NCBI RefSeq assembly: GCF_006345805.1
Contig: NC_043024.1
Span: 11,036,001 to 11,100,000, forward strand
DNA length: 64,000 nt
Direction of reading: 5' to 3'
From: Octopus sinensis
Lineage: Eukaryota
Shown: in pieces, positions 1 through 12,309 of the stretch
How the letters are laid out: every line of letters starts with the position of its first letter
Position numbering within the stretch: the first letter of the stretch is position 1
The notes under the pieces: generated by a model
Database searches by the model: none
What the model was told of the DNA's origin: nothing
The model's input: only the letters and a program-made list of their open reading frames with translations
Translations under genes and position numbers: made by a program

Positions 1-204
1 TTACGTGCCACCGGCACTGGTATCACAGCTGCAATTTCCATTGATGTTGATCGATTTCGATTTTGAAAAGCAAAATTTGCCCTCTGTGGTATTTGACCCC
101 AGGAAAATAAGAAGCTGAGAAAAAAGCAGTTATGCATTTTGTCAAACTTGCTGACAGTTGTGCCAGCGCACAACAAGGTCGTAAAATTTTTTTCAATCTT
201 TGGT

Positions 205-735
205 AATGTCAGTGTACATACTCGACAGAGTGTAAGCGCCCTGAGAGGAATGTTGGAGTTAAGAAGCATCAGATGTGGTGTGCAAGAGAGACGACTGCGC
301 TGGTATGGTCATGTGGCGAGAATGGATGAGGATAGCTGTGTGAAAATGTACCACACCCTAGCAGTTGAGGGAACCTGTGGAAGAGGTAGACCCAGGAAGA
401 CCTGAGATGAGGTGGGGAAGCATGACCTTCGAACATTGGTTCTCACTGAGGCAATGACTAGTGACCGAGACCTTTGGAAATATGCCGTGCTTGAGAAGAC
501 CTGGCAAGTGAGACCATAACCTCATGGCCTATGCCAGGGGTGTAAGCAGCCCACTTATGCGTACCTTTCCTTCATTGGACACTAAACTCTGTTTGCGAAG
601 ACCTGTTGAGGTAAGTGAAATCAAAATCGCTGATGTGACGGATGATGGTACTGCCTGATTGGCACCAGTGCCAGTGGAATGTTAAAAGCACCATCCGAGC
701 ATGATCATTGCTAGGGCTACTGACTGGCACGAAAT
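205..735 (+). mobile_element. RTE-clade LINE, 5'-truncated: ORF C-terminus plus start of 3' UTR
   Basis: Translates ...ERRLRWYGHVARMDED...GRGRPRKT*DEV..., the RLRWxGHVxRM / GxRxxGRPxxxW motif typical of RTE ORF ends; W is replaced by a stop at 403-405. Confidence 0.85.
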
Positions 736-1307
736 CCATATGTATACACACACATTGCAAATGTTTTGCTAAACTCTGACGAAGTGAATTTTATTGTATT
801 ATATAATTTCAACAAACAATTATGCAATAATAACAGTTAGTTTGTCAAAACATGGGTATGTTTTATATAGCATAAAACACCATATATGTTTTCTGTATTT
901 TATTAATACTATACATGTGCATGTGTGTGCATGCATGTGCATAAGTTTTTTGTCTCGATATGTGCTTGCTAATTGTAAACAAATGGGATTGTTCATTTTC
1001 TATCCTCCACAACAATTTGTCAGGTCATTGAGCTCTTCATTGACCAGGAGAACTATAAGCTCACTTGGAAACAAGTGAGGTCTTGCAACAGAAAAAGCAA
1101 TTTGGCCATAGAAAAAAAAAATTTTTTTTTAAAAACCATCCTCACCAAATTTTGTCCAACTCATACAAGCATAGAAAGAAAATGGACCCTAAAAGGAGTG
1201 ATGATAGTTATGATAATAATAGTTAGGGTCGGTGATGATGATGAAGATCTGAAAACAGAGACAACAAGAATGTAACCATTCTTGATATTCACAGCCTCCA
1301 GATATAC

Positions 1308-1338
<31 letters not shown>

Positions 1339-1609
1339 AAATAAAATAAAACATATGCATATATACATACATATATGTACGTACCTACCTCTACATGTAT
1401 ATATACACGCATATATGAGTACAGGACACCAAAAAGGACGTCGAACACGAAGAGAAACGAAAACATAGACACAAACCAAAGGAACTGGACATTTTTTTAA
1501 AAACAACAAAAAAATAGAGTACAGGACAATTAACACAAAGAAAAAAAACCCTTCTTCAGTCGCTAAAGGTTTCATTTACTCTTATACATATATATATATA
1601 TATACTCAC

Positions 1610-1691
1610 CTGAGTGGGAAAATAAACGACCGGTACAGTGGTAACCCTCATTCTCACATGTGAATCGATTTGTGTACGACTTAGTAGATGC
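1610..1691 (-). CDS. CATIP: CATIP coding exon 7 (gene continues beyond the left edge of the window)
   Basis: Acceptor CATATTGCAG, donor GTGAGT; 82 nt, phase 2 to 0. (G)HLLSRTQIDSHVRMRVTTVPVVYFPTQ vs human [26 protein letters not shown]. No stop codon, and no exon for the C-terminal part was found in 1-1609. Confidence 0.85.
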
Positions 1692-1712
1692 CTGCAATAT
1701 GATATTATATAT

Positions 1713-1761
<49 letters not shown>

Positions 1762-1827
1762 AAATTCAAATGAACATGAAAACAAGTAAGGGAAAGAGAA
1801 TGAAAGACAAAGAAACATGGAAATCTT

Positions 1828-2181
1828 AGCTATAGAGACAGAACTACAAATGCAGTTTCAGTGCATCTAAAGTCAAAAATCCTCTCTTCAGCTATGGAGA
1901 CCATACCACAAATGCAGTTTCGGTGCATCTAAAGTCAGAAATCCTCTCTTCAGCTATGGAGACCATACTACAAATGCAGTTTTGGTGCATCTAAAGTCAG
2001 AAATCCTCTCTTCAGCTATGGAGACCAGACTACAAATGCAGTTTCGGTGCATCTAAAGTCAGAAATCCTCTCTTCAGCTATGGAGACCATACTACAAATG
2101 CAGTTTTGGTGCATCTAAAGTCAGAAATCCTCTCTTCAGCTATGGAGACCAGACTACAAATGCAGTTTTGGTGCATCTAAC
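1828..2181. repeat. 62-bp minisatellite, about 5.7 copies
   Basis: Unit AGCTATGGAGACCA(T/G)ACTACAAATGCAGTTT(C/T)GGTGCATCTAAAGTCAGAAATCCTCTCTTC; the pattern shifts 2 nt per 60-nt line. Confidence 0.95.
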
Positions 2182-3962
2182 ATTCAAAGGTTTCAAATTC
2201 CACATAGATACATATATGGCTTTGGAGATGCAGAGAGGAAGGAACAGGATTTAATATGCAAGACAGAGCATATCATCATCATCATCATCATCATCATCAT
2301 AATTTAATGTCCCTTTTTCCAATCTGGCATGGGTTGAATAGTTTGGCAAAAACAAATGAGTCAAAAAGCTACACCAGGGTCTGTGTCTGATTTGGCATGG
2401 TTCTTTGACAGCTGGATGCCCTTTCTAATGCAAACCATTTAACAGAGTGTACTGGGTGCTTTTATGCAGTACCAGCACCACTTTAGAGAGTGGCTTAGAA
2501 AGCATTAAGTGCCTGAGGCCACTTCTAATTTTATGGTACAAATTCACCTAATGCCAGCCACTTTACAGAGTGTATTGGGTGCCGTTTTTGAGTTGCTGGC
2601 ACTAGTAAGGTTACCATGCAACTCATAAGAGTGGCAGCTTTAAGCAGTGATGTGTATAAATCTAAGGTTATTAACATCATCATCATCATCATCATCGTTT
2701 AACGTCCATTTTCCATGCTGGCATGGGTTGGATGATTCAACTGGGGTCTGGATAGCCAGAAGGCTGCACCAGGCCCAGTCTGATCTGGCAGTGTTTCTAC
2801 TGCTGGATGCCCTTCCTAACGCCAACCACTCTGTGAGTGTAGTGGGTGCTTTTTACATGCCACCGGTACGGAGACCAGACGAGGCTGGCAATGGCCACGA
2901 TGGTGCTTTTTGTATGCCACTGTCGCGGAGGCCAGTCAGGGCGCGCTGGCTATGGCCACATTCGGATGGTTCGGCACTGGTATCACAGCTACAAATTCCA
3001 CTGATGTTGATCGATTAAGATTTTGCTATTTAAATATATTTGGGGAACATTCGAACGCAAAGCCATTTACCATGTTTTGTGATGGAGAAAATTTCTCACT
3101 ATAGACAAATGGTGTAAATACAACTGTAATTAGCTCACAGCACCACCTACCTAGACTGTGAGATACAACCATTTCAGAGTGGTTATCTCCTCTTCTGTCA
3201 CAGAAACCAGACAAGATGTGTTGCCAACCAATTTTGGTGTATTTACACTATTTGTCTACGGCAAGAAATTTCAAATATGCCCCCAGTATATTTGAACTGG
3301 TATTTTTTATACACTGCTTAGTACTACCAACCTGTAATTTGCTTACAGTGAGCCACCGATTAGTAGCACCGGTCATACTACAATGACAGGAATATACTTT
3401 TCTACTCTAGGAACAAGGCCAGAAATCTTTAAGGGAAGGGGGTGGGGGCAGTCGATTATATCGACCCAGGAGTGGTTGGCATTCGGAAGGGCATCCGGTT
3501 GCAGAAACCAAGTAAATCCAATTGGAACCTGGTGCAGTCCCCCAGCTTATCAGTTTTCAGTCAAACCTATTTCTTTATTGCCCACAAGGGGCTAAACACA
3601 GAGGGGACAAACAAGGACAGACATAGGTATTAAGTCGATTACATCGACCCCAGTGCGTAACTGGTACTTAATTTATCGACCCCGAAAGGATGAAAGGAAA
3701 AGTCGACCTCAGTGGAATTTGAACTCACAACGTAACGCAGACGAAATACCGCTAAGCATTTCGCCCGGCGTGCTAACATTTCTGCCAGCTCGCCGCCTTT
3801 TTTCAGTCAAACTGTCCAACCCATGCCAGCATGGAAAATGGACATAAAATGACGACGATGGATTTTCCAGTGGACCAGAACCCCATAAAACCAGGAAGTT
3901 TATGCTATTAGAAATATGGTTATGAAAGAATGGTTCTCTCGAAGAAATGAAATACTCCTTAC

Positions 3963-4087
3963 CCGTCATCCATGAAGTGGTAATTCCACGATATTGGAGA
4001 ATCCATCTTTGAGAAGATCGTCCTCTGCAGACCAAATGCAGCAACAGATTCCTTGTTGATAAGAATGTTCTTCATATCAAGTTTTTT
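3963..4087 (-). CDS. CATIP: CATIP coding exon 6
   Basis: Acceptor TTTGATATTCCAG, donor GTAAGG; 125 nt, phase 0 to 2. KKLDMKNILINKESVAAFGLQRTIFSKMDSPISWNYHFMDDG vs human [42 protein letters not shown]. Confidence 0.9.
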
Positions 4088-4126
4088 CTGGAATATCAAA
4101 GAAAAGAAAAGATAATTCGTTCTATT

Positions 4127-4938
4127 CTCTTTACTCTCACTTTTACTCTTTTACTTGTTTCAGTCACTTGACTGCGGCCATGCTGGAGCACTGCCTTTAG
4201 TCAAGCAAATCGACCCCAGGACTTATTCTGTATAAGCCTAGTACTTGTTCTATCGGTCTCTTTTGCCGAACCGCTAGGTGACGGGGACATAAACACACCA
4301 GCATCGGTTGTCAAGCAATGCTAGGGGGACAAATACACACACACAAACGCATATATATACATATATACGATGGGCTTCTTTCAGTTTCCGTCTACCAAAT
4401 CCACTCACAAGGCTTTGGTCAGCCTGAGGCTATAGAAGACACTTGCCCAAGGTGCCACGCAGTGGGACTAAATACAGAGCCATGTGGTTGGTAAGCAAGC
4501 TACTTACCATACAGCCACTCCATATATATATATACTCTCTTTTACTTGTTTCAGTCATTTGACTGTGGCCATGCTGGAGCACCGCCTTTAGTCAATCGAG
4601 CAACTCGACCCCGGGACTTATTCTTTGTAAGTCTAGTACTTATTCTATCGGTCTATTTTGCCGAACCGCTAAGTGACGGGGACATAAACACACCAGCATC
4701 GGTTGTCAAGCAATGCTAGGGGGACAAACACAGACACACAAACATATACACACACACGCATATATACATATACATATATACGACAGGCTTCTTTCAGTTT
4801 CCGTCTACCAAATCCACTCACAAGGCATTGGTCGGCCCGAGGCTATAGCAGAAGACACTTGCCCAAGATGCCACGCAGTGGGACTGAACCAGGAACCATG
4901 TGGTTGGTAAGCAAGCTACTTACCACACAGCCACTCCT
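4127..4938 (-). mobile_element. Two adjacent SINE A copies (4127-4520, 4535-4938)
   Basis: About 400 bp each with (GAGTAAAA)-type tail. Other copies at about 12308-12695(-), 20931-21300(-), 37366-37793(-), 49241-49636(-), 51762-52320(+), 58681-59099(-), 62971-63450(+). Confidence 0.85.
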
Positions 4939-5100
4939 TTTTTTTTTCAATTCAATTTTCATTGGCTCAAAAAGCAAAAGCAAGGCCATGTGGGGGGACA
5001 GGGAGTTATGTACAGGGAGGGTGGTCATACAAAGAGTTCAGGCCATTTCTGGTCAAGAGAGACTTTGAACCGAGCAGTCGTCGGCATCTTCATTATCTCA

Positions 5101-5600
5101 TCCGGCAGCTTATTCAATGGATCTGAAAGGATGAAAGGCAAAGTCGACCTCTGCGGAATTTGAACTCAGAACGTAGTGGCAGACGAAATACCTATTTCTT
5201 TATTACCCACAAGGGGCTAAATACAGAGGGGACAAACAAGGACAGACATAGGTATTAAGTCGATTATATCGACCCCAGTGCGTAACTGGTACTTAATTTA
5301 TCGACCCCGAAAGGATGAAAGGCAAAGTCGACCTCTGCGGAATTTGAACTCAGAACGTAGTGGCAGACGAAATACCTATTTCTTTATTACCCACAAGGGG
5401 CTAAACATAGAGAGGACAAACAAGGACAGACAAAGGGATTAAGTCGATTACATCGACCCCAGTGCGTAACTGGTACTTAATTTATCGACCCCGAAAGGAT
5501 GAAAGGCAAAGTCGACCTTGGCGGAATTTGAACTCAGAACGTAGTGGCAGACGAAATACCGCTAAGCATTTCGCCCGGCCTGCTAACAATTCTGCTTGCT
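5101..5600 (-). mobile_element. SINE B multimer (about 2.5 units)
   Basis: Same unit and junction as the other arrays. A further array lies at about 57950-58454; monomers at about 3566-3797(-), 8340-8575(+), 9500-9728(-), 16062-16295(+), 51205-51430(-). Confidence 0.8.
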
Positions 5601-6120
5601 TGCTGCCTTGTGGATGATAATTATTTTTGCCACAAGGGTAGCTTGGGGGAGGTGGGGGATGAGTTAATTACATCGACCCCCAGTGTCCAACTGGTACTTA
5701 TTTCATCAACCAGAATAGGATGAAAGGTAAAGTCGACCTCGGCGGAATTTGAACTCAGAACGTAGTGATGGCCAAAATATCGCAAAAGCATTTCGTCCAG
5801 CATGCTATACACAGACAACTTCAGCTTTATATATAGAGAGATTCAGGAAAGAAGCCAGGGCTCAAAACCCTTACAGAGCTTCTGAGACTAGTGGGAGGGA
5901 GGGAACTGTCCTCAAACTGGAATCCTGGCTTGAAGAACAGAGCTGGCTCTCCTAACGGCACCCAAAGGGCTGAGCAGTGCTGCTAAATTGGACAACAGGT
6001 TAAGTCTTTTACGTAAGAAGGCCACGGTTGGATTTGAACTCAGAATGTAACAAGCAAGAACAAATACTGCCAAGCATCTCAGCTACCAGTCCACTAGCCT
6101 CAACAGGTACTATTATTTAA

Positions 6121-6339
6121 CCCTTTAGTGTTCAGATTATTCAATCAAACATAATGCCTATTGATTCCCATTGATTTGAATTAATCATGCATTATCTCAT
6201 ATCTTCAAGATCTTGATGGTGTAATTACTTAATGTAGAATAACATTGTAGGGTAGGTGTGAGAGCCTGGATCTGGTCAGTTTGAACATAAAACAGATTAA
6301 ATATTTTGGCCAGATATGGCTGGTTTAAATACTAACAGG
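6121..6339. mobile_element. piggyBac-type MITE, second family
   Basis: TTAA|CCCTTTAGTG...CTAACAGG|TTAA; a related degenerate copy lies at about 9140-9325. Confidence 0.6.
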
Positions 6340-7076
6340 TTAATCAGCATCAGAAGGCTGGAAGACAAAGCTGACCTTTGGCAGGATTTGAACTCAGAAT
6401 GCAAAGACCTGAAACAAATAGTTCCAAGGCATTCAGTCTGCCAATCCCCCAGCCTGGAGCAGCACCTTTCTATAGACTCCAAAAACATGTGGCCTAGTGG
6501 TTAGGGTGTGGAACTCATTATTATAAGATCATGTTTTCAATTCTTAGACTAAGCAGTGCCTTGTGTTCTTGAGCAAGACACTTCATTTCCCGTTGCCCCA
6601 GTCTGTCATCATCATAAGCATTTAATGTTTTCCCCACTGGCAAAGGTTAGACAGCTTGATAGGAACTGGCAAGGCCAGGGGTCACACCAGGGACCATAGG
6701 CTGTTTCAGATTGGTTTCTATAGTTGGATGCCCTCCCCAATGCCAGCCACTTCACAGAGTGTGTATCAGGTGCTTTTTACATGTCACCATCACCCACACC
6801 AATGCTTTCTATGTGGCACCTCAGTTTTAGTAGGCTCCCATGCAGGTGGCACATAAAAAGCACCATTTGAGTGTGGCCGTTACCAGTACTGCCTGACTGG
6901 CCCTCGTGCTGGTGGCATGTAAAAGCACCCACTACACTCTCGGAGTGGTTGGCGTTAGGAAGGGCATCCAGCTGTAGAAACTCTGCCAGACCAGATTGGA
7001 GTCTGGTGCAGCCATCTGGTTCGCCAGACCTCAGTCAAATCGTCCAACCCATGCCAGCATGGAAAGTGGACGTTAA

Positions 7077-7549
7077 CCCTTTCGCTACCGTATTTATTCT
7101 GAGATGCTCTGTGTTGCTTTCAATTACTTTAAATATAACAAAGAATTTAGTAAAATAACTTCGTTATCATTAAGCTAGTGTTAGGAACATAAATTGTGAC
7201 TAAGGTTTGGTGGAAGATTTTAATTCAGAACTTATGAAAACAAGACATTTGTACTCAGAGCCAGAGGCTGTTTCAGCCAGGTTGGTATCGAAAGGGTTAA
7301 GAATTGTTTCTCTATTATATATTTTAACCCTTTTGTTACCATATTTCTGTTGAGATTCTCTGTGTTTCTTTCAATTAATTTTAAATATAACAAAGAATTT
7401 AGTAAAATAACTTGGTTATCATTCAGCTAGTGTTAGGAACATAAATTGTGACTAAGGTTTGGTGGAAGATTTTAATTCAAAACTTATGAAAACAAGACAT
7501 TTGTACTACAGAGTCAGAGCCGGCTTCAGCCGGGTTGGTATCAAAAGGG
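7077..7549 (+). mobile_element. piggyBac-type MITE dimer (two units of about 220 bp, 23-bp spacer)
   Basis: TTAA|CCCTTT...AAAGGG|TTAA units at 7077-7296 and 7328-7549. Confidence 0.85.
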
Positions 7550-7844
7550 TTAAACGATGATGATGATGATGAGGAGCGGGTCTCCTTGACACAGGATCCC
7601 CTCCTCCAATGCTCCTTCCCCTCTCCCAAAGGATCTTTGTCTTGCAAGTTACTTGGTGACCCTGTCAATGCTGGTCCCACATAAAAAGCATCCAGTCCAC
7701 ACTGTAAAGTGGTTGGCATTTGGAAGGGCATCCAGCTGTAAAAGCCATGCCAAAACTGACCTCACGTAAAAAGCACTGAGTCCATTTTGCTGGATGGTTG
7801 GTGCTAGGAAGGGCATCCACAATCTACAGAAGGATGATACTTAC

Positions 7845-7954
7845 ATATTCACTACTGCAGAGATAACCATCGGAATCAAGTGTTGGCACAAAGAATTCTT
7901 TCATGACAGCAGTTCCCTTCGTAACCAAAAGCCTCAAAAACAAAGTGTTTGAAC
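7845..7954 (-). CDS. CATIP: CATIP coding exon 5
   Basis: Acceptor TTTTCTTCCGCAG, donor GTAAGT; 110 nt, phase 1 to 0. GSNTLFLRLLVTKGTAVMKEFFVPTLDSDGYLCSSEY vs human AANLVLLRVMAWRR...FLTLDTEGKLCYLTY. Confidence 0.9.
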
Positions 7955-9728
7955 CTGCGGAAGAAAACGTTAAAACAACATGAATAAACCACAGTTCTGG
8001 GAGATTGGTTTTTTCTTTTTTTTTCCCCCACCCCACAAGGTTTGTCCTTTGGCATTCAGATTCTGCAAAATCATCATTGTTTAACATCCTGTTTCTTTAT
8101 TAGCCACAAGGGCCCAAATATAGAGGGGGGACAATACAGCCTGATTGGGGTCAGACACACAATGATTATATGACTTTTGAAATTTTACAAAATATAATGA
8201 AATCGAATGAAATACAACAAGGATGAAATACAAACATGAAACGAAGCAGAGAGATGGCTTACGCTCCGACCCCACAAGCCCCATTCTCCTACATTGTTTA
8301 ACATCTGCCTCCCATGTTGGCATGGGTTGGACAGTTTGATAGGCGGCAAGCTGGCAGAATCGTTAGCACGCCGGGCGAAGTGCTTAGCGGTATTTTGTCT
8401 GCCGTTACGGTCCGAGTTCAAATACTGCCAAGGTTGACTTTACCTTTCATCCTTTCAGGGTCAATAAATTAAGTACCAGTTATGCACTGGGGTTGATATA
8501 ATCGACTTAATCCATTTGTCTGTCTTTGTTTGTCCTCTCTGTGTTTAGCCCCTTGTGGGTAGTAAAGAAATAGGTTTGACAGGAGCTGTCCAAGCTTCTG
8601 TGTCTGTTTTTGGCATGGTTTTTATGGCTGGATGCCCTTCCTAGCACCAACCATCCAGCAGAATGGACTGAGTGCTTTTTACATGGTACCAGCACAAGCG
8701 AGGTCAGTTTTGGCATGGCTTTTACAGCTGGATGCCCTTCCAAATGCCAATCACTTCACAATGTGGAAGGATGCTTTTTATGTGGCACCAGCAGGGTCAC
8801 CAAGTAACTTGCAAGACAAGGAATTTTGAGAGGGGTGGGGGAATGGGAGGAGATGACCTTGTGTCAGATGACGAAAGGTTAGAGTGTGATAGAGAGACAG
8901 AAACAGGTGTCTTGCTGTAGAAAAGGTACATGGTTACCTGTCCAGAGAGAGAGAAAGAGATTTGACAAGAAGACAAAAGCAAGTGCGCCGCTGTAAAGGA
9001 GAAACATGATTTCCCAACCAGAGAGAAGAACAAGGGAAGGAGAGAGAAAGAGGGGGAAGAGAAAGAGTGGAGAGTGAGGAGAGGGTGAGGGAGGGAGAGG
9101 AGGGGAGAGAAAAAGGGAGAGGAAGACAATGCTTATTTATTCCCATGGTTTTGAATTAATCACACATTATCCTGTAGCCTCCAAATTTCAATGATGAGAT
9201 TGCTTGTTTTCAGAATGACATTGTAGGGTAAGTGTGAGAGGCTAGATCTGACCAGTTTGAACATAAAACTAAAAGTACAACATTTTGGGCCTGATTTGGT
9301 TGGTTTAAATGCCAAGTGTTAACTCAGTCGATGCCAATCCAACAGAAACCTTCCTGAAACTATAGACCACCTAATCTCAGGGTGTACAGTCTTAACAGGG
9401 TGTAGAATATAAAGCAAGACATGACAGAGTCGGCCAGTATTTACATTGGACAATATGTCGGCATTATAAAATCAAAACCGCTGACAAATGGTATAAATTA
9501 CCTATTTCTTTACTACCCACAAGGGGCTAAACATAGAGAGGACAAACAAGGACAGACAAACGGATTAAGTCGATTACATCGACCCCAGTACGTTACTGGT
9601 ACTTATTTAATCGACCCCAAAAGGATGAAAGGCAAAGTCAACCTCGGCGGAATTTGAACTCAGAACATAACGGCAGACGAAATACCGCTAAGCATTTCGC
9701 CCAGCGCGCTAACGTTTCTGCCAGCTTG

Positions 9729-10314
9729 TCGCCTGAAGCTGTGACTGAGGGAGAAAATGTGTCGATTCTCTGGGACTTCCCCATACATACCGACAAAACT
9801 ATAAAAGCTAATAAACTGGATATTATTATAAAAGATCAGACAAAAAAAGGTGTGTTTATTAATTGACATGAGTATTCCTTGCGATCACAAGAATTTGACA
9901 AAATCAGTAAATATAAAGACTTGCTAATAGAAATTGAAAAATGTGGCATCTCAAGGCAACTACAGTACCAGTGATTGTAGGATCTCTAGGAATGATAAAA
10001 AAAAAAGGTACTGAAACCTATTTGAAAATGATTCCAGGCTTACCATCCCTACAGGAAGTGCAAAAAATCGTATTAACTGGAACGGCTCATGTACTGAGAA
10101 GAGCATTATCACTGTGAAAATAACATCCATCCACAAATTTATTTATTTATTAATTTTTTAAATACATATTTTATCTGTGAATTTGCCTGTGTAATCTGGG
10201 AATGCATACAATGAGCTTCTCTGCCCTAGGTGTATGGAAAACACTCGGCGAGAAACGGAAGAAAATTTGAAGAAAGAAGGAAAAAACATAAAACATAATA
10301 ATAATAATAATAAT
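9729..10314 (+). mobile_element. Dong/R4-clade non-LTR retrotransposon 3' end (restriction-like endonuclease domain, 3' UTR, (TAA)n tail)
   Basis: Frameshifted translation ILWDFPIHTDKTIKANKLDIIIKD...LIDMSIP...KISKYKDL..EIEK..WHLKATTVPVIVGSLG...TAHVLRRAL matches the RLE (PD-D/ExK) C-terminus; ends in TAA repeats. Confidence 0.85.
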
Positions 10315-10316
10315 AC

Positions 10317-10374
10317 CTTCTAACATTAAAATTGGTAAATCTTTGATATTCCATGCTTTCTGGACTTGAGTTGC
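10317..10374 (-). CDS. CATIP: CATIP coding exon 4
   Basis: Acceptor TTTATTTTCTCAG, donor GTATTA; 58 nt, phase 0 to 1. ATQVQKAWNIKDLPILMLE(G) fills exactly the gap expected for human EVKTGVTSFPWSSIKGFISE and restores the phase needed by the next exon. Confidence 0.8.
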
Positions 10375-12254
10375 CTGAGAAAATAAAGCAAAACTTAGAT
10401 TAGAAAAACCCTTAGCTTAACAATTGGTCCACACTAACAATATACTTATTAATTAATGTTTTCTAGGTACAAGGCAACCTTGCTAGGGTTAGTGCCATAG
10501 TAAAATGCACCAAGTACACTCTGTAGAGTGATCAGTGAATAAATGGAGATAAAGGGCTCAAGAAGATCCTTTGGACTGGTCAAGGATATGACAGCTTTCG
10601 TAAGGAAGGTGCCAAAATAAAATGCACCCAGTACACTCTGTAGAGGGGTTGGTGAATAAATGGTGATCACAGAAGGTTCAAGAGGACCCTTTAGACTGTT
10701 CAAGAACATGAGAACTGCCAAGGGCTGTGCCAAAATAAAAAAGCACCCAGTACACTAAAGTGTGAAGACATGTGCCTAGTAGTTAGGGTGGTGTTTTACT
10801 CATGATCAGACAAGCAAGGTTTCAATTTCAAGACTGGGCAGCACATTGTGTTCTTGTGCAAAACCCTTCATTTTGTGTTGCTCCTGTCCACTCAACTATA
10901 AGGGAGTTCCAGCAATAGCTGAGGACCGTAAGAAGGACCAGCACTCCATGCAGGATGGGGGAGGGCAGTGTGGCAATCTCGGTTGCTTATTGCAACATAG
11001 GAACTGGATTAAGGTCTACCCTTATGGGTCCTTAAGTCTGTGGCAGACCTAAATGTGGAGTGACTGCAAATGTGGTTGGTGACAGGAAGGACATCATCAT
11101 CATCATCGTTTAGTGTCCGCTTTCCATGCTAGCATGGGTTGGATGGTGCAACTGGGGTCTGGAAAGCCAGAAGGCTGCACCAGGCTCAGTCTGATCTGGC
11201 AATGTTTCTACGGCTGGATGCCCTTCCTAACACCAACCACTTCATGGCAAAAATCTAAAGCAGGAGTGCAATGTGGTCAGCTGGTCCAAGCCACAGGGCA
11301 GCAACAACAAATAAAAATAGGCTTGGAGTGTAAAGACCCAGCCAACCCATGCCAACATAGAAGGCAGACGTTAAATGAGGATTTAAAATTATCATAGACA
11401 AGCAAGAGGTTTTGGGGCCCAAAAACTTCTGAAAAGCTTCTGTTTACTAAATGGTAAATGGTAAATTGACCATTCTCCATAATTTTATTTTCAGACTTGT
11501 GGAGTGGTTGGCATTAGGAAGGGCATCCAGCTGTAGAAACACTGCCAGATCAGACTGGAGCCTGGTGCAGACCCTGGCTTCCCAGACCCCGGTCGAACCG
11601 TCCAACATGTGCTAGCGCGGAAAACGGACATTAAACGATGATGATGATCAGAAGTAGATAATGACCCCATCTTTACACTGTCGGTGGTTTTTGTGGTGCA
11701 CAAACAATATCAAGGTGCAAACACAAACATTAATACAACAGGCTTCACTCCAGTTTCCATCCACCACTTGTAATCACAAGGCACTGACCAGTCAGAGGTT
11801 ACATTAGAAGACACCTACCACAACTCCTAAGCTAAATTCTCACCTGGCACAGAGCCACCTTCATCTATACTACTTCCCCCACTCCTTCAGCTGAGGGGTC
11901 GTCTTGTAAATTATTTGGGTGACCCCACTTCATGCTGGTTTTTACACAGACAGCATCTTGTACATTCTGTAAAGTGGTTGGCATTAGGAAGGGCGTCTGA
12001 CCACTGAAACCATGCCAAGGCAGAGAGTAGAGCTTGGTGCAGTCTTCTGACTGGTCAGCTCCTGTCAAACTGTCCACCAACCACCCATGCCAGCACAGAA
12101 AACCCTTCAAGGCAGTGTCCCAGTATGTCCAGAGTCCAATGACTGAAGCAATTATAAAAGATAACAACGTGCAAGCAATCTGATCGTTAGTAAATGGAAA
12201 ATTACGGGGAAACACCAACAGCAATATATTTTTACAATATAATAATTATGACAA

Positions 12255-12309
<55 letters not shown>

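Noticed and set aside
1140-1192. Candidate further CATIP exon (GPFSFYACMSWTKFGED)
   Set aside because: Weak donor and no resemblance to the expected next segment (PVFEKKPLxWEEDM).
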